DNA of 64,000 bases from Bacteroidota bacterium. Lineage in GTDB: Bacteria; Bacteroidota; Bacteroidia; NS11-12g; UBA955. The DNA lies in NCBI GenBank assembly GCA_947496065.1, contig CANMBF010000011.1:334-64333 (forward strand), read 5' to 3'. Positions 47,761 to 57,872 of this stretch are shown here, piece after piece. The notes below the pieces were generated by a model, which was not told the origin of the DNA, did not search any database, and was given only the letters and a program-made list of their open reading frames with translations. Made by a program: the position numbers and the translations under genes. Position 1 is the stretch's first letter, and each line of letters opens with the position of its first letter.

Positions 47761-48544
47761 AAGAAGCGGGTATATTAAAAGGAAAAGTGACCATTGAATT
47801 GAAATCCGGATTTTCGAAATCCATGGTGATAATAATTTTATTTGAACCGTTATAGGCACTTATTTCGTTTTTGAGTGGAAAGTTGTGCGCGTTCACATTG
47901 GCAAAATTAAAGTATTTAACCCTTGCATAATGCGGTGCTGTATTGTCATCGATGGAGGTAGAATCGATGGTGTAAAATTCTTTTTTATAGGTGTGATTAA
48001 TTGACACCTTAGGTTGACGAAGTTTAATGATAATATTATTGTCATTATTAGCAATAGTCTCATATAATGCCAATGCATAAATGGGTTCTGCGATTATTAA
48101 ATTTTGCAATTGATTGACAGATAGTGGGGCACCAAGTAAATCTTTAATGTAAGCTTTATTGAAAACCGTATAACATTTATGTATATGATCTAGCAACACC
48201 ATTGAGTCTTTATTAATGAGGATTCGGGCGCCAGTAATGCCAAATAGGTTAACAGAAATCCAAATTAAAGAGTCTTTGTACATGCGAATGTTTGAGCCAA
48301 CACCTTGCGAAGTGCCATTGCTTGAATAATTAAGGTCGGCTTTGGCAGAGAAGTAAATCCATGGTTTTAAAGTTGGAGCAATTAAATTTTCAGCAATGTT
48401 TACTTTAATATTGACAATGGAGTCTTTTGGTTTATTAACTGCAACAGGCGCACTGAAGTGTTTTCTGTTTTTACAAGATAATATGACCACTATTAGGAGT
48501 AAGGGGAGATATTTTAAAAAACTATTCATAGAGGGATTTATCAC
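47744..48544 (-). CDS. DUF4292-like (LolB-fold) lipoprotein
   Basis: Lipobox ILSC. Size and position between the TPR protein and the M23 peptidase match a widely conserved Bacteroidota arrangement. Confidence 0.5.
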   Translation of the reverse strand: MINPSMNSFLKYLPLLLIVVILSCKNRKHFSAPVAVNKPKDSIVNIKVNIAENLIAPTLKPWIYFSAKADLNYSSNGTSQGVGSNIRMYKDSLIWISVNLFGITGARILINKDSMVLLDHIHKCYTVFNKAYIKDLLGAPLSVNQLQNLIIAEPIYALALYETIANNDNNIIIKLRQPKVSINHTYKKEFYTIDSTSIDDNTAPHYARVKYFNFANVNAHNFPLKNEISAYNGSNKIIITMDFENPDFNSMVTFPFNIPASYEKCK

Positions 48545-50042
48545 GTATTTTTTTATCCATTAATTCAATTTTATAACCTAAATCTTTTGCCTTTTGCCAA
48601 TTTTCAATTGCTTTTTCAATGTTATTAAGCCTAAACAAAATATTCCCTTTAACATTGTATAACGCACCATCTGTCTTATTTATTTCAATACATTTGTCAA
48701 TAGCTTGAGCAGCTTCGGTATATTTTTTTAATTGGTAGAGATAGCTTGTTTTTGTCAATAGTATTCGACTTAAAGTCAAGTCATCAAATGAATACCTTTC
48801 GGCTAATAGGACGGCATCAAGTGCTTTTGTATAGTCGTTTTTTTGTCTGTAGACATCCGCCAAAGTTTCATAAAGATCGGATGTATTAGGAAAAAAAGTG
48901 ATGGCTTGTTCACTGATGGCAATGGCTTCATCTAATTTATTTAATACAAGATTGCAATCAATAGCACCTTTCCAAGCAGTGTATAAATTGGCGTCCAAAC
49001 TTGTGGCTTGCAGATAATATTGAGCGGCCGTTTTGTAGTTTTTACATTTGAAGAAAAATTCTGCAGCACTGCAAATGGCTTTTGAATTTTGTGGAAATGA
49101 AAGAACGAGTCCATTCGCAGCAAGGGTTATATAGGAAGCTCTGTTAGAATCGGCAATGGTAAGTTTCAATAATGCTAAACTCCCATTCAGTTCAGTTTCG
49201 AATGTAGATGTGTTGCTTTGAAACGCTGCATTTAAATATTGGGTTGCTTTGGTGGCGTCGTTTTTCAAATAATAAAATTGAAACAATGCATAATTGATAT
49301 CCCAATTGTTGGGATTTAAACGCATGGCCTTTTCGTAATTCAACATGGCATTGCCTTCGTCCTTTTGGGATTCATACAACCTTGCATCGTCGATATAAAA
49401 TTGGGCTTTGTTAGGGGCGCCTTTTTTTAATTCATCGTAGATTCTATGAGCGGATGGAAGATCATTTATTCTTTTATAGAGTTCAATTAATTTCAAACCT
49501 GTTTTACTTTTCAAACCTACGTTGCTGCTTAGTTGATTCCAAAGTGCAATTTGTTTAATCGTTTCTCCTTGGATGGCAAAAATTTCATCGAGTTGATTGA
49601 AAAGATTTTCGTCTTTTGGATTACCATCGATGCAGATTTGTAGTATTTCTATGGCTTTTTTATAATCGCCATTTAATCGCAACAGGCGTCCATAATGGTA
49701 GGCGTAAAATTTATTTGTGGGGCTTAACGCATTGGCTTTAGACGCATTTTGGAAGGCATCATTCGCCTCGTTTTGTTTTTGTTTTATCCGACTAATCTGA
49801 TAATAAACCGAAGCTTCTTGGGGTTTAAGATCGGCACATTTATTAAATTGGGTAAGCGAAACAGAATAATTGCCAATACTAAATTGGGTGCTAGCTTCGA
49901 TGTAAAGCTTTTCGAACTTTAATGATAAATCATTTTGATCGGCAGTACTGGCAACTTTATGACTCGTTTTGCAAGCTAAAGCAAAGGTTGTTAATAAAAC
50001 AATCGATGTTAAATAGCTTGGAAATAGAGCTAATTTTTTCAA
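48522..50042 (-). CDS. tetratricopeptide-repeat lipoprotein
   Basis: Lipobox ALAC. Many 34-residue A/Y/L-patterned repeats (e.g. YYLQATSLDANLYTAWKG). Confidence 0.75.
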   Translation of the reverse strand: MKKLALFPSYLTSIVLLTTFALACKTSHKVASTADQNDLSLKFEKLYIEASTQFSIGNYSVSLTQFNKCADLKPQEASVYYQISRIKQKQNEANDAFQNASKANALSPTNKFYAYHYGRLLRLNGDYKKAIEILQICIDGNPKDENLFNQLDEIFAIQGETIKQIALWNQLSSNVGLKSKTGLKLIELYKRINDLPSAHRIYDELKKGAPNKAQFYIDDARLYESQKDEGNAMLNYEKAMRLNPNNWDINYALFQFYYLKNDATKATQYLNAAFQSNTSTFETELNGSLALLKLTIADSNRASYITLAANGLVLSFPQNSKAICSAAEFFFKCKNYKTAAQYYLQATSLDANLYTAWKGAIDCNLVLNKLDEAIAISEQAITFFPNTSDLYETLADVYRQKNDYTKALDAVLLAERYSFDDLTLSRILLTKTSYLYQLKKYTEAAQAIDKCIEINKTDGALYNVKGNILFRLNNIEKAIENWQKAKDLGYKIELMDKKIRDKSLYE

Positions 50043-50050
50043 TTAAATGT

Positions 50051-51061
50051 TTAATTGAGTGTACTGTAATCGCCAATGCTGAATTCTTTCGATTCTCCAT
50101 TTAGAATAACGTGATTGCCAATCATGCTATTGGTGAAAGTAGTATTTTCAATCGCACAATTGTTCTGAATGATACTATTTGTAATTTTGCTATTTTTTAA
50201 TTTTGTACCATTGCCAATGCTTACATAAGGGCCAACCACACAATTGTCGATTTGTACATCTTTACCAATGTAACATGGCTCAATAATTTGCGTACCATTG
50301 CTAAATTGACTTGCATCGTTATTAAATTCTGTGCGTTTAATCTCAAGTATTCTTTGATTGGTAAGCACTGTCGCATCTTTGTTGCCACAATCTAACCATT
50401 CCTCAACTTCGCCAGCTTTGAATTTTAACCCTTTATTTTTCATATTTTCTAAAGCATTGGTTAATTGGTACTCGCCTTTTTCTTTGATGTCATTGTCGAT
50501 GAGATATTGAATTTCATCAAGCAAATTATCGCCATCTTTAAAATAGTAGATACCAATAATCGCCAGGTCAGATATGAATTCTGTTGGTTTTTCGATAAAG
50601 TCAGTGATATTATTATCGCTGTCAAGCTTTACAACACCAAATTGATTTGGGTTGCTTACCTTGTGCACCCAAATGGTGCCATCTGCTGTTTTATCTAATT
50701 CGAATTCAGCTTTAAAAAGGGTATCGGCAAATGCGACAATTACTTCGCCTGTTAAGGCTGGTGTAGCGCACATTACAGCATGTGCAGTTCCTAAAGCTTC
50801 ATCTTGAAAATAAATTCTGCCTTTTGCGCCCACGCTTTCTGCAATTTGCATTAGTTGCATTTCGATAGCAGTTCCAAAATCTCCGATAACAAAGGCAACT
50901 TCATTGATTGGTTCTTTACAAACAGCCGCAATATCCTCAACTAATCTTTGTACAATAGGTTTTCCAGCAATTGGCAATAATGGTTTAGGTACAGTTAAAG
51001 TGTGTGGTCTCATTCTTTTTCCCATACCAGCCATCGGTATAATAATATTCATTCCGCTCAT
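50051..51061 (-). CDS. sugar-phosphate nucleotidyltransferase with C-terminal left-handed beta-helix
   Basis: Start moved to MSGMNIIIPMAGMGKRMRP (NTP_transferase G-loop). C-terminal hexapeptide repeats (IGNGTKLKNSKITNSIIQNNCAIEN). Confidence 0.75.
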   Translation of the reverse strand: MSGMNIIIPMAGMGKRMRPHTLTVPKPLLPIAGKPIVQRLVEDIAAVCKEPINEVAFVIGDFGTAIEMQLMQIAESVGAKGRIYFQDEALGTAHAVMCATPALTGEVIVAFADTLFKAEFELDKTADGTIWVHKVSNPNQFGVVKLDSDNNITDFIEKPTEFISDLAIIGIYYFKDGDNLLDEIQYLIDNDIKEKGEYQLTNALENMKNKGLKFKAGEVEEWLDCGNKDATVLTNQRILEIKRTEFNNDASQFSNGTQIIEPCYIGKDVQIDNCVVGPYVSIGNGTKLKNSKITNSIIQNNCAIENTTFTNSMIGNHVILNGESKEFSIGDYSTLN

Positions 51062-51077
51062 TTTTCTTTTTCTTTTT

Positions 51078-51530
51078 TTAAATTCCTGTATGTCCATATC
51101 CACCCTCGCCTCGCGATGTGGTTGATAATTCAATTTCTGTTTGCCAAGTAGCCTGTTCGCATTTGGCTATCACCATTTGTGCAATTCTGTCGCCGTGGTT
51201 AATTGTAAATTCTGTTTGTCCTAAATTAATGAGTAATACCTTTACTTCACCTCTATAATCAGCATCAATAGTTCCAGGAGAATTCAATACTGTAATACCG
51301 TGTTTAAGAGCTAATCCACTCCTTGGGCGAATTTGGGCTTCGAAGCCTTCTGGCAATTCTACTATAAGGCCCGTTGGTACCAAGACCCTTTCAAAAGGTT
51401 GAATAATTATTGTTTCAAGGTTGTTGGCATATATATCAGCACCTGCCGCTAATGCAGTTTGATAACTTGGTAACGGTGCTGTACCGATATTTTTTATATT
51501 AACTTTAATACTCAAAACTTGAAGTAGCAA
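51078..51530 (-). CDS. dut: dUTP diphosphatase
   Basis: [31 protein letters not shown] and a C-terminal [10 protein letters not shown] motif. The start codon is uncertain: TTG at 51530 or an internal TTG. Confidence 0.9.
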   Translation of the reverse strand: MLLQVLSIKVNIKNIGTAPLPSYQTALAAGADIYANNLETIIIQPFERVLVPTGLIVELPEGFEAQIRPRSGLALKHGITVLNSPGTIDADYRGEVKVLLINLGQTEFTINHGDRIAQMVIAKCEQATWQTEIELSTTSRGEGGYGHTGI

Positions 51531-51532
51531 AT

Positions 51533-52978
51533 TTAAGCTTTTTTAAGCTTTGGTTGTAATAACCAAATTATTAACATAAAGAGGAACAACAGTGCTAATT
51601 TTATGCTAAAGTCCTGCCAAAACAACAATGTATCGGCATGAAGCGACTTGTTAATTTGCCAAAAGCCTATGGCAAGTGCTATAAGTGTTAATAATTTAAC
51701 TACTTGATAAGGTACTTTGAAATATCTAAGGCCAAGAACATAAGCAGCTAGACACATCAGTGCATAAACTATCAGTGTTAACCATGCGCAAGCTATGAAA
51801 CCAAACATTGGAATAAAGATAATATTGCCAACAATGGTAATGATGGCGCCACCAATTCCTATCATAGCCCCAATTTTAGTATTGTTTGTTAAGCGATACC
51901 ATACACTTAAATTGTAGTAAACGCCTAAGAAAAGATTTGCTAAAAGTAAGATGGGTACAATGTACAAGCCATTTTTGTCCTCAAAAAAGGCTTTGTTGTG
52001 GATTAGCAAATGTGATAAGCTTTCAATAAAATACATGCACGCAATGAAAATGAAACTACAAACACCCACAAACCAATACATCAAATCTGCGTATTTTTTG
52101 AGACTGTCTTCATCCTCTTTTTGTTTGAAAAAAAAGGGTTCAGCAGCAAATTTATATGCTTGCACAAACATCGTCATTACCATGGTTAATTTATAGAATG
52201 CACCATAAATGCCATTTTGGTAGGAGCCAATTTCTTTAGGCAATAAACGCGTCAATAAGTTCCTGTCCAACGTTTCATTAACAATTCCAGCCAAACCAAC
52301 AAAAATTAGCGGCCATGCATAGGCTAACATTTCTTTGAATATTTTTTTATCGAAGGAATAATTTATTTTAAAAGCCAATGGTGACAGTAATGCAAATGAA
52401 ACAATACTTGCAGCTGCATTGGCCATTAATATCAGGGTTACTTGACTAAAGCTTTTTAAAATTTCGGGCGTGTAAGCAAGGAAAATATAATTGAGTGTAA
52501 CGTTAACACCAATGTTGGCTAATTTGATCAATGCAAACTTCATAGGTTTTTCTTCATGTCGAAGTTTTGCAAAAGGCAAAAGAGAGAATGTGTCAAAAAC
52601 TAAAAATATCAAGCAACAATATACAAAATCAACATGACCAGGGAAGCCTAAGAAAGCAGCACAGGGTTCTGCAAAAAACAACACAATAACACTAAAAATG
52701 GTGGTGCTTGCTAGAATGCTTTTTTGGGCAATAGCATACACTTGGTTTGGGACATAACCTTTTCTAATAAAATTGAAATAGGTGGTTTCCATTCCATAAG
52801 TTAAAATGATGTTTAGGAATGCGATGAAAGCGAAAATGGCCGTCATATCGCCAAATGTACCAACTGTTTTTAGGTATTGTGTGTGCGGAATGACGAGCAA
52901 AAAATTGATAAAACGGCCTAACATGGAGCTTACTCCATATAGGGCTGTTTGAGAAGCTAATTTTTTTACAAAACTCAC
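51533..52978 (-). CDS. MOP-superfamily oligosaccharide flippase (Wzx-like polysaccharide biosynthesis protein)
   Basis: The likely start is GTG at 52978 ([28 protein letters not shown]). About 12-14 TM helices. Confidence 0.7.
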   Translation of the reverse strand: MSFVKKLASQTALYGVSSMLGRFINFLLVIPHTQYLKTVGTFGDMTAIFAFIAFLNIILTYGMETTYFNFIRKGYVPNQVYAIAQKSILASTTIFSVIVLFFAEPCAAFLGFPGHVDFVYCCLIFLVFDTFSLLPFAKLRHEEKPMKFALIKLANIGVNVTLNYIFLAYTPEILKSFSQVTLILMANAAASIVSFALLSPLAFKINYSFDKKIFKEMLAYAWPLIFVGLAGIVNETLDRNLLTRLLPKEIGSYQNGIYGAFYKLTMVMTMFVQAYKFAAEPFFFKQKEDEDSLKKYADLMYWFVGVCSFIFIACMYFIESLSHLLIHNKAFFEDKNGLYIVPILLLANLFLGVYYNLSVWYRLTNNTKIGAMIGIGGAIITIVGNIIFIPMFGFIACAWLTLIVYALMCLAAYVLGLRYFKVPYQVVKLLTLIALAIGFWQINKSLHADTLLFWQDFSIKLALLFLFMLIIWLLQPKLKKA

Positions 52979-52985
52979 GCGCTTT

Positions 52986-53813
52986 TTATTTTTTATGAAG
53001 GTTAAACTGATAGCCAATTACGACATTGCCTTGCACAAAACCAAAGTTTTGTCTTGCTCTATCTTTTGAATTGGCCTCAATAACGATATTTGGCATATCA
53101 ATTAGACCAGCTTTTAATTCAGCTTGAATAAAAAAGTGATTGTTAATACTAATATTAATCCCTGTTTTAGCTGATACCCCAAATCCTGAAACATGCCATT
53201 GATCACTCACCGCATTATTTAAAACAACTGCTCTCGTTCTTGGACATAAAACACCGGCGGCCAAACCATAGGTGCTTTTAATGTAAAGTTTTTTATAGTT
53301 GTAAACTGGGTCAACACGATTGAGTTCAGCATTTAAATAATTGAGACCATCGGTATGTTCAAACTGCAAAAAATCGCCTGTTAATTTCACATCTTCATTG
53401 TCGTAGGTTCTATCGTAATCTGTTCCAGTGTTTTTTATCACACCAGAAACCTTTGCTATCTGGTCTTGAATCATTACGTATTTCATATGGTCCCAACCCA
53501 AAGAAACATTGTACTTATCGCTAATGTAATAACCAAAACGGTAATTGTATTGTGGAATTGTTATTTGATCTATTTTTAAATAAGGATCGAGTGCCAAGGG
53601 CGACTGACGGTCGAGTGCAATTGCTTTTTTAATTGTAAAATTAAAGTTATCGCCTTTAAAATGAATGTTTGATTTGGTGTAAGTTTCGCGGTTATAGCCC
53701 CAATAAAAATAAAATTTTCCTTTCATTTTATTGGGGTCGCTTGCACTAGAATTTTGCGCGATTAGTGGTTCTCCTACAAAGATTAAAAGTAAGCTCAACA
53801 ATATCTGTCTCAT
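52986..53813 (-). CDS. hypothetical outer-membrane beta-barrel protein
   Basis: Signal peptide ending IAQ. Alternating beta-strand pattern. C-terminal aromatic-rich strand (NVVIGYQFNL). Confidence 0.45.
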   Translation of the reverse strand: MRQILLSLLLIFVGEPLIAQNSSASDPNKMKGKFYFYWGYNRETYTKSNIHFKGDNFNFTIKKAIALDRQSPLALDPYLKIDQITIPQYNYRFGYYISDKYNVSLGWDHMKYVMIQDQIAKVSGVIKNTGTDYDRTYDNEDVKLTGDFLQFEHTDGLNYLNAELNRVDPVYNYKKLYIKSTYGLAAGVLCPRTRAVVLNNAVSDQWHVSGFGVSAKTGINISINNHFFIQAELKAGLIDMPNIVIEANSKDRARQNFGFVQGNVVIGYQFNLHKK

Positions 53814-53882
53814 TTGAAGGGCTCAAAATTACAGAATTATAACAAAGAGTTTCAATATTATATTTTCGATTACCTTTGCCTT

Positions 53883-54668
53883 GTGATAATAGATTTAAAA
53901 GGAAAAACAGCCTTGGTTTGTGGTAGTTCACAAGGAATTGGCCTTGCAATTGCAAGTGAGATGGCCGATTCGGGCGCAACCATTATTTTGCTAGCAAGAA
54001 ATGAGGAGAAACTAAATTCGGTGATGTCCACTTTAAGTTCGACCAATGGTCAGACGCATTTGGTCTACACAGCAGATTTTTCAAATACTGAAAATGTAGA
54101 AGCGGTAGCGAATCAAATTGTTGCAGAACATACAATAGATATTCTTGTGAATAATACTGGTGGGCCAGCAGCTGGCAAAGCAATAGATGCCAATACAGTT
54201 GAATTTTTGCAAGCGTTTAATTCACATTTAATCAATAATCATCAGCTAGTACAAGCCGTGGTGCCAGGCATGAAAAGCAGAAATTTTGGCAGAATCATCA
54301 ATATTATATCAACTTCGGTTAAAGTTCCTTTACACAATTTAGGTGTTAGTAATACCATTCGCGGTGCGGTGGGCAATTGGTCGAAGACCTTAGCGAATGA
54401 ATTGGCAAGTGCAGGCATTACAGTAAATAATATTCTACCGGGTGCAACAGAAACAGAGCGTTTAAGTACCATTATTCAAAACAAATCGAATAAAATGGCC
54501 GTTGAACAGGCTATTGTAAAAGAGGAAATGTTAAATGAAATACCAATGCGCAGATTTGGTAAGCCAGAGGAGGTAGCTTATGCTGCTGTTTTTCTAGCCT
54601 CTGACAAAGCTGCCTATATTACAGGTACCAACACAGTGGTGGACGGAGGAAGAACACCATGTCTGTAA
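53883..54668 (+). CDS. SDR-family oxidoreductase (3-oxoacyl-ACP reductase-like)
   Basis: The likely start is GTG at 53883 (VIIDLKGKTALVCGSSQGIG, a TGxxxGIG motif), followed by NNTGG. The upstream part of the tracked ORF has no SDR counterpart. Confidence 0.8.
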   Translation: MIIDLKGKTALVCGSSQGIGLAIASEMADSGATIILLARNEEKLNSVMSTLSSTNGQTHLVYTADFSNTENVEAVANQIVAEHTIDILVNNTGGPAAGKAIDANTVEFLQAFNSHLINNHQLVQAVVPGMKSRNFGRIINIISTSVKVPLHNLGVSNTIRGAVGNWSKTLANELASAGITVNNILPGATETERLSTIIQNKSNKMAVEQAIVKEEMLNEIPMRRFGKPEEVAYAAVFLASDKAAYITGTNTVVDGGRTPCL

Positions 54669-55564
54669 AGGTTTGGATACAAGCAGCGCGACTTAGAACA
54701 TTGCCCTTAGCAATTGCAGGTGCGATTGCAGGTAATTTAATAGCTTATGCTGAGACACATAAAATTAACAGTATTACTTTTTTATTAAGTGTATTAACGG
54801 GTGTGTTCCTTCAAATTCTAAGCAATTTTGCAAACGATTATGGCGATTTTAAGAATGGTGCTGATACGAAAGAGAGAACCGATAGAGTAATGGCTTCTGG
54901 CTTAATTTCTGAATCTAAAATGAAAGTTGCCATTGCTATTCTCATTGGGGTCATTTTGATTTTAGGGATTTCACTATTAACTTATAGTATTGGCAAATTT
55001 GATTTACAATTTTGGCTCATGTTTGCCTTAGGTATTGCTGGTATTGCTGCTGCTTACTTTTATACAGCAGGTAAAAATCCTTATGGTTATATAGGTTTGG
55101 GCGATTTATCTGTTTTCATTTTTTTTGGTATTTTGGCCGTTGTGGGGACTTATTATTTGCAGGTACAATCTATTAATTCAAATGTTTGGTGGGTAGCGGC
55201 TTCAATTGGATTGTTAAGCGTTGGTGTTTTGAATGTCAACAATATTCGCGACATTGAAAGTGATGCACACAAAAATAAAATTACCATCCCTGTTATGTTG
55301 GGTTCTAAAAGTGCTATGCGCTACCATGTCTTCTTACTTGTTAATGCAATTCTTTATTTGGTGATTTATGTTTTTACAACGTATCACCATGCTTTGCAGT
55401 TAAGTTTTTTAATTACTACCCCATTATTAGGCAAGCATTATTTAAATTTAAAAAGTGCAAAATCAATCGGTAGAATGGCTTATAACCAACAGTTAAAATA
55501 TTTATCACTTTACACATTGGTGTTGTGTTTGGTGTTTTGTTTGTCTCAAATAATCGTTTTCTAA
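54659..55564 (+). CDS. menA: 1,4-dihydroxy-2-naphthoate polyprenyltransferase
   Basis: UbiA-family motifs NDYGDFKNGAD and NNIRDIESD. N-terminal WIQAARLRTLPLA. Eight or nine TM helices. Confidence 0.85.
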   Translation: MSVKVWIQAARLRTLPLAIAGAIAGNLIAYAETHKINSITFLLSVLTGVFLQILSNFANDYGDFKNGADTKERTDRVMASGLISESKMKVAIAILIGVILILGISLLTYSIGKFDLQFWLMFALGIAGIAAAYFYTAGKNPYGYIGLGDLSVFIFFGILAVVGTYYLQVQSINSNVWWVAASIGLLSVGVLNVNNIRDIESDAHKNKITIPVMLGSKSAMRYHVFLLVNAILYLVIYVFTTYHHALQLSFLITTPLLGKHYLNLKSAKSIGRMAYNQQLKYLSLYTLVLCLVFCLSQIIVF

Positions 55565-55565
55565 A

Positions 55566-56645
55566 ATGGGTTTACAAGCGACCATTGAAGCACATCATTT
55601 GAAATTCAAGAAACCTGCTACCACAAGTCGCGGGGCTCTGACAGAGCGTACCATTTATCTCTTATCGATATGGAATAGCGCAAACCCGCAGATTAAAGGC
55701 ATTGGTGAATGTGCTCCCCTCAAAGGCTTAAGCATCGATGATGTGCCAGAATATGAAAGCATGCTTCAGAAACTGGTTGATCAAATTAATAAAAACAAAG
55801 CGACAGAAGATTTTAATTTTGATTTGTTTCCAAGTATAAAATTTGGACTAGAAACCGCTTTATTGGATTTGAAATATGGAGGTAAAAAAATAATTTATCA
55901 GAATTTTTATGCCATCGGAAGACAAGGATTACCCATTAATGGATTGGTGTGGATGGATACCATCGAAGCCATGAAGGACGAGGTGATAGAAAAAGTTGAG
56001 AAGGGATTTGAATGCATAAAGTTAAAAATTGGGGCACTTGATTTTGAAAAAGAATGTGCTTTGTTACAATTTATACGCGAACAAAAAGGCGGCGACAAGT
56101 TGATCTTAAGGGTAGATGCTAATGGGGCCTTTACACCAGAAAATGCAATGGCAAAGTTAGAAGCCTTGAAACAATTTAATTTGCATAGCATTGAACAACC
56201 GATCAAGAAAGGGCAGTTAAAAGCCATGGCGAATTTGTGTGCTCATTCACCCGTGCCAATTGCATTAGATGAGGAATTGATAGGATATATCAACGAGGAA
56301 TCATTTAGACAATTGTTGTCTAAATTGAAACCACAATACATTGTTTTAAAACCGAATTTAGTGGGCGGATTTGTCCAATGCGAAAAATGGATTAAGGTGG
56401 CTGAGGACTTGGGCATTCAGTGGTGGATTACTTCTGCTTTGGAAGGCAATATTGGTTTAAATGCTATCGCACAATACACCGCTAATTTTAATCCAAAAGT
56501 ACACCAAGGACTGGGAACAGGACATTTATATATCAACAATATGCCACCTTATACTAAGATTGAAAATGGTTATCTTTGGCGAGATATGGGCAATGAGGTA
56601 TCAGATGATTTGGTCTCGCCCGACGCTCAAAATATAGCTGGATAA
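55566..56645 (+). CDS. menC: o-succinylbenzoate synthase (enolase superfamily)
   Basis: KLKIG, RVDANGAF, IEQP and LDEEL metal and catalytic motifs in order. Adjacent to menA. Confidence 0.75.
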   Translation: MGLQATIEAHHLKFKKPATTSRGALTERTIYLLSIWNSANPQIKGIGECAPLKGLSIDDVPEYESMLQKLVDQINKNKATEDFNFDLFPSIKFGLETALLDLKYGGKKIIYQNFYAIGRQGLPINGLVWMDTIEAMKDEVIEKVEKGFECIKLKIGALDFEKECALLQFIREQKGGDKLILRVDANGAFTPENAMAKLEALKQFNLHSIEQPIKKGQLKAMANLCAHSPVPIALDEELIGYINEESFRQLLSKLKPQYIVLKPNLVGGFVQCEKWIKVAEDLGIQWWITSALEGNIGLNAIAQYTANFNPKVHQGLGTGHLYINNMPPYTKIENGYLWRDMGNEVSDDLVSPDAQNIAG

Positions 56646-56648
56646 AAT

Positions 56649-57851
56649 ATGAAAAAAATAATGCTTTTCACTGCATTTGTTGTCTTGTTGAACTTCAATA
56701 TTGAAGCGCAAAAGCGAGGCTGTACCGACATCTTAGCCAATAATTACGATTCTTCTGCTAAAATTAACGATGGTTCTTGCACCTATCCATCAACCTCCTA
56801 TTCAACCAAGGTAGTTTGCGCTAAATTGAGTGATAGTCTTATTGAGACGAGTGGATTAATTTATTTTAACAATTGGTTTTGGACCCTGAATGATAGCGGT
56901 AATGAGCCTGCCATATACGCCTTTGATAGTTTAACAGGAAACATAATCCATCGGACCTTCATTAAAAATAAAACGAACATTGATTGGGAGGAAATAACCC
57001 AGGATTCGCAGTATATTTATATTGGAGAATTTGGCAATAATGACGGGACGCGCAAAGATTTAAAAGTATACCGTATACAAAAAGTACAATTGTCTTTTTC
57101 TCAAAAAAGTGATTCAGTGAATGCAGATGAACTACAATTTAATTTAGCGGATCAAACCAGTTTTGTTTCAGCTAATCAAAATCATAATTATGATGTGGAG
57201 GCCATGTGTATTTGGCATGATAGTTTGCATTTGTTTAGTAAAGATTGGGCGGATGGTAAAACAAGACATTATGTGATGCCAAGGGTGCCTGGTAAATATA
57301 GTCTTACGCCAAGGGAAACCCTTGATGCAGGAGGTCTGGTAACATCGGCATGTACGAATTTAAAAACTGATAAAATTATTCTAGGGGGCTATAGCAAATC
57401 AATTGGAGGATGTTTTATTTGGCTCTTATACGATTTTCAAAACGGGTGTTTTTTTAATGGGAATAAACGCAGAATTGAATTGGGAAATGCATTGGCGTTC
57501 GGACAGTTTGAAGCCAGTGCTTTTAAAGGACAACAATTGTATGTAAGCAACGAAAAATATTTTACCTCTGCCAGTTTCAGACGTGTTGAGGTTCAACAAT
57601 GGTTTGCAGGGTATAGAAAAATTAGGTTCTTGCCACCTAGCAAATTATTAATTTACCAATGGTGCAATGAATTGGTGATAGAAACTAAAACGGGAACAGG
57701 TGTTTTGAAATTATACAATGCAATAGGAACCTGCGTTATTACGTATAAAATTAACAATGTTTCAACTAATTTAGACATTAGCCATTTGAGCGCAGGCGTA
57801 TACACTATCGATGTAAATGGTGTAACGCAAAAGGTACTGATACAGAAATAA
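56649..57851 (+). CDS. T9SS-secreted protein with N-terminal small Cys motif and putative beta-propeller
   Basis: Signal peptide. GCTDILANNYDSSAKINDGSCTY module. C-terminal LKLYNAIG...LSAGVYTIDV...VLIQK T9SS CTD. Confidence 0.65.
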   Translation: MKKIMLFTAFVVLLNFNIEAQKRGCTDILANNYDSSAKINDGSCTYPSTSYSTKVVCAKLSDSLIETSGLIYFNNWFWTLNDSGNEPAIYAFDSLTGNIIHRTFIKNKTNIDWEEITQDSQYIYIGEFGNNDGTRKDLKVYRIQKVQLSFSQKSDSVNADELQFNLADQTSFVSANQNHNYDVEAMCIWHDSLHLFSKDWADGKTRHYVMPRVPGKYSLTPRETLDAGGLVTSACTNLKTDKIILGGYSKSIGGCFIWLLYDFQNGCFFNGNKRRIELGNALAFGQFEASAFKGQQLYVSNEKYFTSASFRRVEVQQWFAGYRKIRFLPPSKLLIYQWCNELVIETKTGTGVLKLYNAIGTCVITYKINNVSTNLDISHLSAGVYTIDVNGVTQKVLIQK

Positions 57852-57872
57852 ACGGTTATGTTTTAGGCTAGA

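Noticed and set aside
53814-53882. TTG-initiated extension of the SDR gene abutting the divergent gene start at 53813
   Set aside because: The SDR glycine-rich motif starts about 8 residues after the GTG at 53883. The extension would leave no promoter space and has no homology-like features.
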